64,000 bases of DNA from NCBI RefSeq assembly GCF_001194135.2, contig NC_068986.1:106629904-106693903 (forward strand). Reading direction: 5' to 3'. The first letter of the stretch is position 1. Every line of letters begins with the position of its first letter. This DNA is from Octopus bimaculoides (Eukaryota). Shown in pieces: positions 49,554 through 62,897 of this stretch. The notes beneath the pieces were generated by a model. It was given only the letters and a program-made list of their open reading frames with translations. It had not been told where the DNA came from and made no database searches. Both the position numbers and the translations under genes were made by a program.

Positions 49554-52233
49554 TTAGCATTCAAATCGATTCAAATAGACAACATATTTCCAATTTCCAT
49601 ATTTACGATCCACAATGCAAACTGTATAAGACAGTATTTGTTAATAGGAAAGGTCATTGTAAATTTGTTTGATTTTTGTGAAAATAATAGCGACCTTAAG
49701 AGTCTTATTTTTTTTTCCACAACATTAGTAATATGACAGGATTATACGAGATAGTTGAAATTATGTAGCAAACATCAGTATTATTAAAATTCGACAGTAT
49801 ATTTGCAAATGTTCCTAAACATTCATGCACACTCAATCACCCCCACAATCATACACAGAACACATGCACGTACATTCACATGTCCATACACACAAACACA
49901 TGCATGGTGGGTGGAAAGTAATTAGGCATTAAAAATTGCTTATAGAATTCCTAGTATCACAGGTCATGGCAAAACCATTTTTTAAAGTGACAACATTAAT
50001 GAGAATTTATTATTTTTTCATTGTCTTATTTTATATATCTTATTTTCCCTGATGGCCAGTCGTTTGACTATTCAGGTGCGAGCTAAGGTAGCAGGACGCT
50101 ATGAAGTATAGAATTCCATTGTTTTGGTTCAGAGATGGTGATGTGCATGTCTTTTATGAGGAAGTGTACAAAATCAATAATGTAGGCGATTGTAATGTAT
50201 TTTGGCGATTTAAATAAGAGCTTTAAATCTTACTTCCAGCAGGTGGACATACTTAGCATGTCCTTTGATTAATTTTAATCCTTCAGTTATTTAAGGCTTT
50301 TTTGGGGCCTGCGATCGCCTAAATTATTGATTCTATTATTATCATTTTTAAATTGTAACACAAGATAATAATAGAGTCAATGATATCTTCGCAAATATTT
50401 TCTCTGTATTGAAATTATTTTCAGACACAAAACGACTCAGTTGTAACGCAGACTTCACCGTGACGAGTTGGGGCTCTCCATCATGGTAACGCGTCCTGAA
50501 AATGGCGGGGGCTATTATGCCGGTCCAGAAACCAGTCCACGTGAGTCCAGATACTTGAATGTATTCTTTTATTCTTTTACTCTTTTACTTGTTTCAGTCA
50601 TTTGACTGCGGTCATGCTGGAGCACCGCCTTCAGTCGAGCAAATCGACCCCAGGACTTATTCTTTGTAAGCTTAGTACTTATTCCGTCGGCCACTTTTGC
50701 CGAACCGCTATGTTACGGGGACGTAAACACACCAGCATCTGTTATGAAGCGATGTTGGGGGGGNNNNNNNNNNNNNNNNNNNNNNNNNNNNNNNNNNNNN
50801 NNNNNNNNNNNNNNNNNNNNNNNNNNNNNNNNNNNNNNNNNNNNNNNNNNNNNNNNNNNNNNNNNNNNNNNNNNNNNNNNNNNNNNNNNNNNNNNNNNNN
50901 NNNNNNNNNNNNNNNNNNNNNNNNNNNATATATACATATATACGACGGGCTTCTTTCAGTTTCCGTCTACCAAATCCACTCACAAGGTTTTTGTTGGCGC
51001 GAGGCTATAGTAGGAGACACTTGCCCAAGGTGCCACGCAGTGGGACTGAACCCGGAACCATGTGGTTGGTAAGTAAGCTACTTACCACACAGAAACTGAG
51101 TGATTGTCTTAATCTGTTTGCCTTCGGACGGTTGATTTCTGCAGTTTTTATCAGTGTATCTTGGCGATTTAAATAAGAGCTTTGACTGTTATTTCCAGCA
51201 GGTAGACATACTTAATATACCCTTTGATTAATTTTAATCCTTCATGAAAGTACATACTTTTGCATATGGATTCTGTCATCGTCGATTTCAGATCAACTAA
51301 TTAACCTCCTCCTCGAAATAATGCTGTGAATTAGCAGCTCATTTTACTGACACATTGTTTTCATGTAATTTTCAGATTGAATTAGCATGACACGTTACTA
51401 CAAAGGTAAACGTTTGAATTTCAGTTGTATTTCCTCTGTGTACATGTACGTGTACAAACCATAATGTGCGTGCAATTTGTACTGACAATGCTACGTTAGA
51501 CGTGTCTCCGTATGTATCAGGTCATTAAGAATGAAATTTCCGATTTTCTTATGCACGAAGTTTGACAGACGTTAACTTTAATGTTTCGTGCAATGTTTTA
51601 CAACATTGGAGATTTACATTTCGAAATGCAATTCATGGTGTCTGACTATATTGTGAGTTTTCTCTTGTAAATTAATTTTTGTGAACCCATGGATAGATAA
51701 AAAATTCGTGTTGTTAATGAATACGAGTTCCGTCGGGGAACCAATGCATCCCAGACAGATCGAAACATCAATGAGGTGTTGGGAAAGATGTTTCGAGTGA
51801 GCACAATGGAAGTTGATGGTTTGAAAAGTTCTGGCCTAGTGACTTTACTCTTGAAAATCCTCCCCGTGGTAGATCTGAGACAAAGGTGTATAATGACGAG
51901 CCGGAAACGGTAATGGAAGTGGATACATGTCAAATAACGTGTGAGTTAGCGGCAAGATTTGATGTTTCGATTCCAAATACATTGGACCATCTGAAATAAA
52001 TCAGCAAAGTAAAGAAGCTGGACATGTGGATGACACACGAACTGAACGAGCATCAAATGGTACGTCGTCTTCAAACTTGTTCTTCTTTGCTGTCACGTCA
52101 TAAAAACGAACCACTCTTTCAGTGTATTGTTACGTGTGATAATTTCAGACTATTGAAGCTTACATTCTGGAACGTTCGTAACTCCTTTGGGAAGGATTAC
52201 AAGGAGGAACAAAGTTGCCAGATATGAATACAT
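49554..52233 (-). CDS. Copy C: exon-3-deleted paralog, in frame; join(52233-52164,49621-49554) gives a 45-aa precursor (or a young pseudogene)
   Basis: Protein: [45 protein letters not shown]. Both exons are intact with canonical splice sites and matching phase 1. No 132-nt exon lies between them; the only gap there is inside a SINE. Confidence 0.55.
50563..51092 (-). mobile_element. SINE family 1
   Basis: Tail, body and head region flank an N gap. Confidence 0.9.
51517..52140 (+). mobile_element. 3'-truncated mariner transposon (left end plus the N-terminal half of the transposase)
   Basis: TA|tcaggtc.. left end. Translation MDR*KIRVVNEYEFRRGTNASQTDRNINEVLG..WFEKF..DFTLENPPRGR..ELAARFDVS..KVKKLDMWMTHELNEHQMVRRLQTCSSLLSRHKNEPLFQCIVTCD matches the mariner HTH and WVPHEL-like motifs. 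It ends at the first catalytic D. Confidence 0.85.
52164..52233 (-). CDS. Copy C signal-peptide exon [23 protein letters not shown]
   Basis: ctaacag|ATG ... T|gtaagc; 70 nt; synonymous changes versus B (GGT/GGA, AAT/AAC). Confidence 0.75.
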
Positions 52234-53374
52234 CTGTTAGTAAAGAACCACAAATAAAATATCTCATGATATTCCGTATTTCCCTAATATTGTTGCTAAA
52301 TTAATTCCTACGAAAATCTCGATCATTAAAACAAAATTAACATTCAAATATGAGGCTGGTGATCACCTCCTGCATTTACTTTGTCTCTCATACTTTAGTG
52401 GGCGACCCTGTTACTACGTGTAAAATACCGGAAGAAATGTGTGTTATAGTGGCCTACCCGGAATACTAGAGGTATCATGTTGATGTTGAGGGAAGTTATA
52501 ACGCCTTGCATTATATATAGAAGCACGTAAAATATTTTGTTTTGATTCACGTGTTCCAGAATAAAGAACAGAATATCAACTTCGCTTAATAATTAATATT
52601 AAATCCTGTATAGCCAATGCCAATATTCCCAAAATTGAAATGGAACATTGGGAACATATTTGCGAAAGTGATTTGACATGAAACTGTGCTTAAACTAAAT
52701 CAATAACACCTGGAAGCCATATATTAGCCATTCAAAAACACACAAAGCCTCTTAAGTTTAATTAAACATTTATTATTTGGTATTAAACCTTTCGTAGTAT
52801 TAATGGGGACCTGCACACTCACGCAAGACGTTTGGTTCACAAATAGTAATTCACAGTAGAAAACATATTGAAAATAGTACAACCCTTCGACTTTATATAA
52901 CCATGACAGCCTGTTACCAGCCACTGAAAAACAGTAACTGAATCCTCGATACATGAACATATTGATAATCCTTCCTTGTAAACGTACAATTGAAGAAAAG
53001 TTTAGAAAGGGGACTATTTGATCATATCGATCTCAGCATTCATATGTTTATTTTATTGAGACCGAACATCACTTCAGAAGGAAATGAAATTTTAATGTTT
53101 CATTGCAAATAAAATGTAACACAGGAGATCCGACATCAAACACAATGGATGTATCCATAAAATACACCAGAGCATAATATTACTCACCAGAAAAGAAAGT
53201 GTACATACGAGAGAGAGTTAATAATATGTCTCTTTTTTAGTTTTTTAAAAGAATAGCAGCTGACATATCATTCTGAACATCTATAAACAGCCATCAGTAT
53301 AATGTAACAATCACAATTGCACGTAAGAATATATCCATACACAAATATAGACATGTATACATATAGACTGAGGA

Positions 53375-53407
<33 letters not shown>

Positions 53408-53993
53408 TGTATGTATGTATGTATGTATGTGTATGCGAATATGCATATATATGTGTATATATGTATATGTATGTATANNNNNNNNNNNNNNNNNNNNNNN
53501 NNNNNNNNNNNNNNNNNNNNNNNNNNNNNNNNNNNNNNNNNNNNNNNNNNNNNNNNNNNNNNNNNNNNNNNNNNNNNNNNNNNNNNNNNNNNNNNNNNNN
53601 NNNNNNNNNNNNNNNNNNNNNNNNNNNNNNNNNNNNNNNNNNNNNNNNNNNNNNNNNNNNNNNNNNNNNNNNNNNNNNNNNNNNNNNNNNNNNNNNNNNN
53701 NNNNNNNNNNNNNNNNNNNNNNNNNNNNNNNNNNNNNNNNNNNNNNNNNNNNNNNNNNNNNNNNNNNNNNNNNNNNNNNNNNNNNNNNNNNNNNNNNNNN
53801 NNNNNNNNNNNNNNNNNNNNNNNNNNNNNNNNNNNNNNNNNNNNNNNNNNNNNNNNNNNNNNNNNNNNNNNNNNNNNNNNNNNNNNNNNNNNNNNNNNNN
53901 NNNNNNNNNNNNNNNNNNNNNNNNNNNNNNNNNNNNNNNNNNNNNNNNNNNNNNNNNNNNNNNNNNNNNNNNNNNNNNNNNNNNNNNNNNNNN

Positions 53994-54025
<32 letters not shown>

Positions 54026-55018
54026 GCCCTCTTTTATATGTGTATATCCATATGTATGAGGATTAACTCAGATGAAGAGTATTATATACGTAACAAAGTA
54101 ATTTAAGTGCCAGTAACAAGGTCGTGCTTGTGCGACAAAAATTCTGAAGTTTCATCAAATAAAATGAATTTGATTTTAACAGTTTTTTGAGCTAGTTATT
54201 TACTACACTGATTTAGCTAACGTATAAAACAAAATATAATAGCGACAAGATAATTCGCACCAGCATCAACGTGATAGAGCGTTATCAGGCTCTATTTTGA
54301 CAAATCGCATGCACAGCTCTTTTCTCTCATGCAGCAGTTTTCAATAGCCACCAATTCCATTTCAGCAGAAATGAATAAATATATAAATAAATAAACACGT
54401 ATCTCTGGCGGGAAATGTTATAAAAGAAATGCATGAGTTGTGCCGGATTCTAAAAAAAAAATACAATTATCAAAGTAATGAATATTCAGTGTGAGGATAA
54501 TTGTTGGTACAACCTCAGCTACCAAATATTGCAATAGCAACCAGAAACAAGAGCACAGAAATCGCATCATAAGATGCTAAGTAGGGAGCCTACACGTTTT
54601 AATGGACCTGCTAGAAATATCAACCAAATCTTCCTAGTATCCTTCGTTATTGCGTAAATAATTTGATAAAAAGGAAAGACTATGCCTGAAAACAAAAATA
54701 GTACGTGACGTCCACGAATAGAATATATTTTGATCATAGAATTTGTTTTAATCGCTCGTGTAAATTAAACAACAATAATTACTATTTCAAAGTCGTGTTC
54801 CACCTATGATTTCGAGAGGAATTTCACGCAAAATAGATTCAATATTATTAGTGTGATGAAAGTGTAAAATAATTACAAGACATTTATATTCAAAACGAAA
54901 GGTAATTAATGTCCGTGTCATCCGTCTAGGGATTAATTATAATAGGTCTTTGTGTCACATTTCATAAACAAAATGAAAAGAAATTCAGTTCTAAATTGCT
55001 ACTAGACATGTAACTTAC

Positions 55019-55038
55019 CTCGAAATCCTGAACGAGAG
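55019..55038 (-). other. Copy C 5'UTR exon core
   Basis: tttttcag|CTCTCGTTCAGGATTTCGAG|gtaagt. Confidence 0.6.
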
Positions 55039-55134
55039 CTGAAAAATATTTAACAAATTAAATTAACTAGAATTGCAAACGTTTTCAGAATTTCAGTTTA
55101 TGTAACATACAACCGCCGTATGTGGTATATGGAA

Positions 55135-55245
55135 ACTGTAAACATACATTCTCTACATGAATTTCTGGTTTATAGCTATAATACAAATAGGTTTTAGGTT
55201 TGCAATGACATGTTCATTGTTAGTTTTACTATTAGCGTTTAACAC
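55135..55245 (-). promoter_or_regulatory. Copy C core-promoter block, TATAAA at 55169-55174
   Basis: Near-identical to the A and B blocks. Confidence 0.6.
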
Positions 55246-55756
55246 TAATTGTTGACCGATACATAACTCGACAGATAACAAAGGAAATGTAGAAAATTAG
55301 GACAAAAGCATATCAAATCATTTGGCGATGGGAACGAAGTTCTAATTAGGAAATTCCATCTAGGAACATATAATCCAATATATTACTTAATTGAGATAGA
55401 AGGGAGTTATTTTACTTGAATATTGGTTGTAATTCTAGCTAGTGAACATGGCGTTGTGAATGAATGATTCACTAAAATACTGAAACTTCACATTCATGGA
55501 ATCATAATTTCACATCCCCAGTCAGTACCTACTATTACGAGATTCCATACTAATTGAGCTTCCACGTTTTACAATTTCACCTATGTGTTGCTAATGGACT
55601 TATGCAAGTGTCAATGATGTTTTAATTTTGTTAATGAACAAAACCTGTAACCCTTTGTTTAAACAACAGTATAATTAGTATTTTCATAAATGTTGTTTCT
55701 TTTTTCTTTTTACTATTGTCAATCTTTCATATGTAGGAGATATTTCTGCCGCACCC

Positions 55757-55789
<33 letters not shown>

Positions 55790-56682
55790 CTTTGCCCGTA
55801 AATAGGTGAATGTAATCCTGAAAATTGTAAGCTTATAAGAAAGTATTATCGGACGTCGAAACATAATTGGGGCATCAGAAAGAAAATCATAAATTATGAT
55901 ATTTGAATAATGAGAATAATGAAAATAGATAAAATGCATGATCAGATGCATTTGTAATCACAAAACCAATTAAATGAAACAGTATCCTTATATCCTTATA
56001 CATACATAATTTTACAGATGTTTCCTCTTAGTGGGGAGGCTTTGCTAATTCATTATTACGTAGTGCCAATGCAGCATTAAGTTCTAGTTTTCAATGTCCT
56101 ATATAAGAAGGAAGATAGAAGTATTTGCTTATAAATTCAAGTCATGATTTTGCTCACTCGAATAATCATTATTGAAGTGAAACAATAAATTCTCTACTGG
56201 TCTTTCCACATATATCTGGAGATGGAAAGGAGTCTTGTGACAGCATGTTTTATATATCTTGGTTTATACTTGCTTTTGTATATTCATTATCACAATATGG
56301 TAGCAAGGAAAATGAACAAAAATGTCATCTTACCAACGAGTAAAGTTTTATGATCAATAAAACGAGCATGCTGCATAAAGAACTCATAATCTTTAAAACG
56401 CAATGACTACTCCATAAATTGCGGAAATAGATAGATAAATGACGACTGTCATAGAAAAACTTTCGCACTCTCTCAATATATAGCTTTCATTTTCGATTTT
56501 CTTTTTTATGTTTCATTTTCATTCAGAATGCTTCGTACTTGTTATTATGTTATATACTTTGCTCTAATTTTCTGAATGGAAATGTTTGAGACCCGTTTAA
56601 TGGTAAACACGTTCCTACTATGCATACTAATAACATTTTCTTTTCCTTTCATATCTCATTGCTTTTTCTTTCTTTAATAAAG

Positions 56683-56870
56683 GAGCTGTCGAGTGGTACC
56701 CACACGATGGAAAGCGTTCAATCGGAAGACCTCCACACAGGTGATATGATTCAAAAAAAATGTTCGGTACAACGTAGAGGAGAATGGTGTGAGAACGATG
56801 GGAATGGAGCGAATGCTGTGCGAGTGGAGCCGACGCGGCACGAGACATTCTGGCCTATCTAGTTGATCCA
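56683..56870 (+). mobile_element. RTE-like LINE 3' fragment near the C/D junction
   Basis: AVEWYPHDGKRSIGRPPHR*YD resembles the RTE W.P...KR..GRP..RW.D motif. Confidence 0.6.
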
Positions 56871-58523
56871 GGTGAAGTAAATATATTTAACCGTAATCAC
56901 AAACCTGGTGACACCTCCTCCATAGAGTACAGAGGTATCATTACATTCTCCAGGTGGATTTCCGTGCGCAACCAACTGAGACTATGAATATTTTACAATC
57001 ATCTCGTTTTTTTATCTACCCCGAGGTTTCCTGCAGGTTGCCGCCTTAAAGCATACGTTCCCTGAGTCTTTCCTATGTCATTCTAACCGTATATCCAAAG
57101 TACTGGTGCTATGCTGACTCTTATTGCGAAGTAACTGCTCGACCTGGAGAGATGCTTCGATTAAATAGCCTTAAAAGGTAACCTGGCAGTAAAGTAATGA
57201 TAAATTTGAGATTTATTCTTATGGAGTAGTAATTTTTATTTCAAACCTAACTGTTAATCAGTTGCTAACTATTTTCCCTCATTGGACGATGTCCGCCATA
57301 ATCTATTTTGGATCTGACGCTTTGTACAATTTTAAATTCTGATAAACAAATTTCTGGAAAAAGTTTCTACATCTGTTCTCCTCAATATATTAATACACTT
57401 ACATCTATGATTAATACTCTACGTGCTAGAATAGTTTACGAAACGCAGTTAATATATTTTCACTAATAAATGTAGAAAATGCTACAAGAACGAACGTAAA
57501 AGCTGATAACTTAAATAACCTTATTCAATAAATATGTAAGTATTCACACATAAAGACAAAGCCAATAGTTAACTCATCTGCTATGAAAAATAGGAAGAAA
57601 GTATATATTAATTACTATTCCTTACAGGTTCTCAGCGTTTTCGTTACTGAGGTGATACGAGTTATTTCTTTATAACCATCCAATAAACCTGTATGTGTAT
57701 TCTGATCGCTACAAAAGCAACTTGAATGATTGTAACCTACGTGACAATCTGTAAAGGAAATGCAAGTATTAACGCTAAAAAAGACAAGTTATTTTTCTGT
57801 TTGACGGGTTGGATCAGTGATTTAGTTTATGTGGATTAGTAAAAATTCTTCTCGAACTAAATTCCTTCAACTATTAGATTTGATTGCTAGGTCTTAATAA
57901 GTGTCGTAATCGTGTGAATGACGAAAGCGCTCATGAGCAGAAGCCAATACAGCAGTCAATATTGACACCTTGTTATCTTGGTTGCTAACCAAGGGACTGA
58001 TAAGAAGCTGAAGCGACTTTGTGTATTAAGGGCGCCGGATGATTAGCGAACGGCATCTAGAAAAGCGAGATAATTAATTTCCAGTCAAATAGTGATGTAA
58101 TTTGTATTTAGTAGACAAATATTTATTGTTAAATTTTTCGACTATATCAATATGATGTTAGTAAATTTTTATAGTATTTTACTTTCAATTTCGCTTCGTA
58201 TTTTCATTCATTTTCTTTAAATATTTCTTCTTAAACGTGGTAATTTCACAAAAAAATGAAGGTTATTGTCTTAATCTAGAATTTTTGTTTTGTTAATTAT
58301 ACTTCTTAATTTTGTCATAGAAATTTACACGAAAGGTCCAATGATATAAGACGTTTACCGACCTGTAACTAAGAGGTGTGAAATATTTCATGGTTGTGAC
58401 GAAAACTTACATTGCATGCTGCATGGAAAGAAGACATGGAGGCTTTTAATGGGGTCAATTATGATCTTATACACTCATCATATTCATTATCAAAGACGAA
58501 AACTTAAGAATATTGGAGCTTAC

Positions 58524-58593
58524 CTTCTGGAGCATTCGTAACACCTTTGGGAAGGATTACAAGAAGGAATAAAGTTACCGGAAATGTATACAT
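58524..58593 (-). CDS. Copy D signal-peptide exon [23 protein letters not shown]
   Basis: ctaacag|ATG ... G|gtaagc; 70 nt; intact. Confidence 0.65.
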
Positions 58594-59689
58594 CTGTTAG
58601 TAAAGAACCACAAATAAAATATCTCATTATTTTCGGTATTTCCTTAATATTGTTGCTAAAGTAATTCCTACGAAAATCAATTATTTAAACAATATTAACA
58701 TACAAATATGAGGCTGGTGATCGCCTCCTGCATATACTTTGTCTCTCATTATCCAATGGCCCACTCGATTCCTACGTGTAAAATACTGACGTAAACGTAT
58801 GTCATAGTGCCCTACCTGGAATACTGGGGTATTAAACCTCATGTTGAGAGAAGTTATAACGCTGAATATCATATACCGAAGCACGTAAAATACTTTGTTT
58901 AGAATCGCGTGTTCCAGAATAAAGAACAGAATGTCAACTTTGCTTAATAATTAATATCAAATCCTATAGAGCCAGTGACAATATTCCCAAAATTGAAATG
59001 GAACATTGGAGACATATTTGCGAAAGGGATTTGACATGAAACAGCGTGCTTAAATTAAATCAGCATCGCCTGGAAGCCATATATAAGCCATTCAAAACCA
59101 CACAAAGGCTCTTAACATTTATTATTTGGTATCACAATTTTCGTCGCATTAATGGCGACCTGCTCAGACATGCAATCCTATTGGTTCAAAAGTAACAATT
59201 CCCAGTAGAATATATAATGGAAATAATACAAAACCTTCGACTTTGTATAACTATGACAGCTTGTGAGAAGCCACTGAAAAACATAGTAACTGAATCCGCG
59301 ATACAAAGAATATTGATAATCCTTTCTTGTGTACGTACAATTCAAGAAACGTTTAGAAACTGGTCTATTTGATCATATCGATCCCAGCATTCAGATGCTG
59401 CTTCTCCTATCGACAGCGTAATTCGCTTCAGAATGTAATAAAATTTTTATGTTTCATTGAACAAAGTGTATGCCAGAAGTGCGCCGAGTACACGTGCAAT
59501 AAGTGTATCCATAAAATAAAACAAAACATAATATAACTGTCTAGACAAGAAAGTCAAATAAATTTCAAGACAAAGAAATTGAAAACACAGATTATAGTAG
59601 AAACTTAAAAAAATAGGAAGTGTCTAACAGAAACAAGAAAACAAAGCGTGCTTGCATAAGTAGTTAGTTTTGTTGCGTTAACGGTCGTT

Positions 59690-60055
59690 ATAGGAATAGG
59701 CACAAGGCTAGAAGTTCTAGGGGTGAAGCGAGTTGATTATTTTCTCCCCATTGCTCAAGTGGTCCTTGTTTATCAATCTCAAATGGATGAAAGGCAAAGT
59801 TGAAAGTGAACTCAGAACGATAAGATGGGTGATGTGTCGCTAAGTATTGTGTACAGTGTGCTAAAGATTCTGCCAGAAATCTATATGACAGATTGTTATA
59901 ATAATCATTTCTGTTGTAAGCACAAGGTCTGACATATTTGGGAAATGATTAAGTCGATCTCATCGCCCCTAGTACTCAACTGGTATTTATTTAATCGACC
60001 CTGAAAGGATGAAAGACAAAGTCGACCTCGGTGGAATTTGAACTCGGAATTTTGA
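59690..60055 (-). mobile_element. Two adjacent degenerate SINE family 3 fragments
   Basis: ..aaaggatgaaagg/acaaagt.gacctcggtggaatttgaactc.. occurs twice. Confidence 0.65.
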
Positions 60056-60217
60056 AGCCTTGTATATATTCTTTCGATCTATTTGGTCACACCTCTATGT
60101 TAAGAAGGCCTAATGAAATCAACACCAGTCGCCAATGGTGGTGGTGTGGGTACAAACATAAACTCAAACGCATGCCTCCCCTAACACAGACACACACACA
60201 CATATATATATATATAT

Positions 60218-60268
<51 letters not shown>

Positions 60269-61283
60269 ATGGGCTCTGTAGACTTTCCATCAACAAAATT
60301 TACTCATAATTTTAGTCGAACATACTTGCTCTAGGTGACGTGCAATGGGACCGATCTCGAAATGAAATATTTACAAAGCAATGCCTGCAACTATGTTCGT
60401 CATTGTGCCACAGTAAATATTGAGACATGAAATGGGTAACACATTGGGTGAAAAGGACGAATTTGATATCCTTGATGGTAGAACATGTCCATATTTTATG
60501 GAAGGGCACCAAATTCACCAGGAGTCGAAAATTATTTTCCCTCACTTGAGAGACTTGCGTTTAGCTCCGATACAAGATTTATACTTTTATTCTTTTACAT
60601 GTTTCAGACATTAGACTGTGGTCATGGAGGAAAATTGAAGGAAAATATGGAACGCTTCACTAATATGTGTATGATTCCTATTCAGAAGCCATGATAAATT
60701 TCTGTGCATCGTTTGAGTTTTAGTATATGTACTGCCGAATTGTGTACGCAAATTAATTTTTAAGATGGCGATCTGAGTCGTTCGAAGCAGTACAAAGTTC
60801 CACCGTGATGTTCTTCGCCTTTCATTCATTCGTAGTCGATAAAATAAATACCAGTTTATCACTGGAGTTAATGAAATCGACTCTGAAATTTCTCAAATCA
60901 TATTAGTTTTCCATTTTGTTAGCTAAAACCCATGACTGCCTTTGTGTTCATGACAGATAATTATTCTGAGTTTGGAGAGGATTGTGTTTGGGATTTCTAG
61001 TTAGTTTAGCATCAGATATGTGAAGTTGATCGTATAGCAGTTGATCATTTTAAGTGTACATGCAAAAGAGCTAATAATGTCTTTTGTTTTGTTATTCTTT
61101 AAAACAATAGCAGTTGACATGAGTCAATCTGAGCATCACATTGATCACTATATAATTAACTATCAGTATAACGTTACACTCGCAATCACACATAGGAATA
61201 TATTGATACAAATATAGAGAAAAGTATAAGTATAGAATGATGAATATATAGTTATATATAAGCACACTCATGTACGTATGTAT

Positions 61284-61662
61284 GGTTGAGGCGCAACGGT
61301 CCAGTGGTTAGGGCAGCTGCCTCGCGGTCGTTGGCAGTTTGGATTCCCAGACCGAGTGTTGTGGGTGTTTATTGAGCGAAAACAACTCAAAGCCCCACGA
61401 GGCTCCGGCAAGTGGAAGTGGTGAACCCTGTTGTACTCACATCACAACTTTCTCTCACTCTTTCTTCCTGTTTCTGTTGTACATGTATTTCAAAGGGCCA
61501 ACCTTGTCACACTCTGTGTCACGCTGAATCTCCCCGAGAACTACTTTAAGGGTACAAGTGTCTGTGGAGTGCTCAGCCACTTGCACATTTATTTCATGAG
61601 CAGGTTGTTCCGTTGATCGGATGAACTGAAGCCTCGTCATCGTAACCGACGGAGTGCCACGA
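61284..61662 (+). mobile_element. SINE family 2, full length, diverged
   Basis: Head gaggcgcaacggtccagtggttagggcag; end gtaaccgacggagtgcca. Confidence 0.88.
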
Positions 61663-62769
61663 CATATGTATACATCGATAAGCACAAACTCATATTCATA
61701 TGAAAAACATTATATACGTAGCAAAGTAATTTAAGTGCCAGTAAATAGTCTGAAGTCGTACAACAAAAATATTGACATTTCAACCAATAAAATTAATTTC
61801 ATTGAAACAATATTATTTTGCGTAAATAATTAATAACAATTCCAATTATAATGTATATAAACAAAATATAATGGCGACAAGGTGATTCAAACCAGCACCA
61901 ATTGAATACAGTGTTCCCAGTCACATATATTTCGACAAATTGCATGTATAGCTCTTTTCTCTCATGCGGCAGTTTTCAATGCCGACCTGTTCCATTTCAG
62001 TACAAATGAATAAATAAATGAAAAGATGCGAATCCCTGGTTCAATCTGTGGCGGGAAAAGTTATAAAAGAAATACATAAGTTGCGCACAATTCTAACGAA
62101 AAATCAATTTTCAAAGAAATTAATTTTCGGTGTGAGGATTATTGTTGGTACAGCCACAACTATCAAACTTTACGGTAGCAACCAAGAAATTGTTGGAGTA
62201 GGGAGCCTAAAAGCTTTAATGTACTTGCTAGAAATATCAACCAAATCTTCACAATAACGTACGTTATTTTATAACTCATTATATGAGAGGGAAAGATTAT
62301 GACTGAAAAATGAAATATCACAATATCATACGTTATATCATAAATCATTAGAGAAGAGGGAAAGATATAACGTCTACGAATATATTTTGATCATAGTTCT
62401 TTTTGTTAATCGCTCATGTAAATTAAACAACAATAATAATTATTTGAAAAATGCATTCCACCTAGGCCTTCGAGTGGAATTTCACTCAAAATAGATTCGA
62501 TATTATTGATGTGATAAAAGTGTAAAATAATTAAAAGATGTTTATATTCAAAACGAAAGGTAATTAATGTTAGAGCCATATGTCTAGAGAATAATTATAA
62601 TAGTTCTTTATGTCACATTTTATAAACAAAATTCTAAATATGCTACTAGACATGTAACTTGCCTCGAAATTCTAAATGAGATTTGAAAATTATTTGGCAA
62701 ACTAAAATTAACTAATTTTGCAAAATTTTTCAGAGTATGAGTTTAGCCACCGCATGTGGTATATGGAAA

Positions 62770-62885
62770 TCGTAAACATACATTCTCTCCATGAATTTCT
62801 AATTTATATCTATAATACGAATATGTTTTAATGTTTACAATGACACATTCATTGTTAGTTTTGCTATTAGTGTTTAACAGTAATT
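62770..62885 (-). promoter_or_regulatory. Copy D core-promoter block, TATAAA at 62803-62808
   Basis: Homologous to A/B/C but more diverged. Confidence 0.5.
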
Positions 62886-62897
62886 CATGACCGATAT

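Larger units (their letters stand above)
57090..62690 (-). pseudogene. Copy D: 3'-truncated paralog (promoter, 5'UTR exon, signal exon and part of intron 2; no exon 3 or 4)
   Basis: Homology to A/B intron 2 runs from 58523 down to ~57090, then switches to sequence upstream of C, with no N gap. The 5'UTR exon has AG->AA and GT->GC changes. Confidence 0.7.

Noticed and set aside
50190-51245. ~90-bp direct repeat (50193-50284 and 51162-51244)
   Set aside because: It is a small local duplication of unassigned repeat sequence, with no coding or structural signal found.
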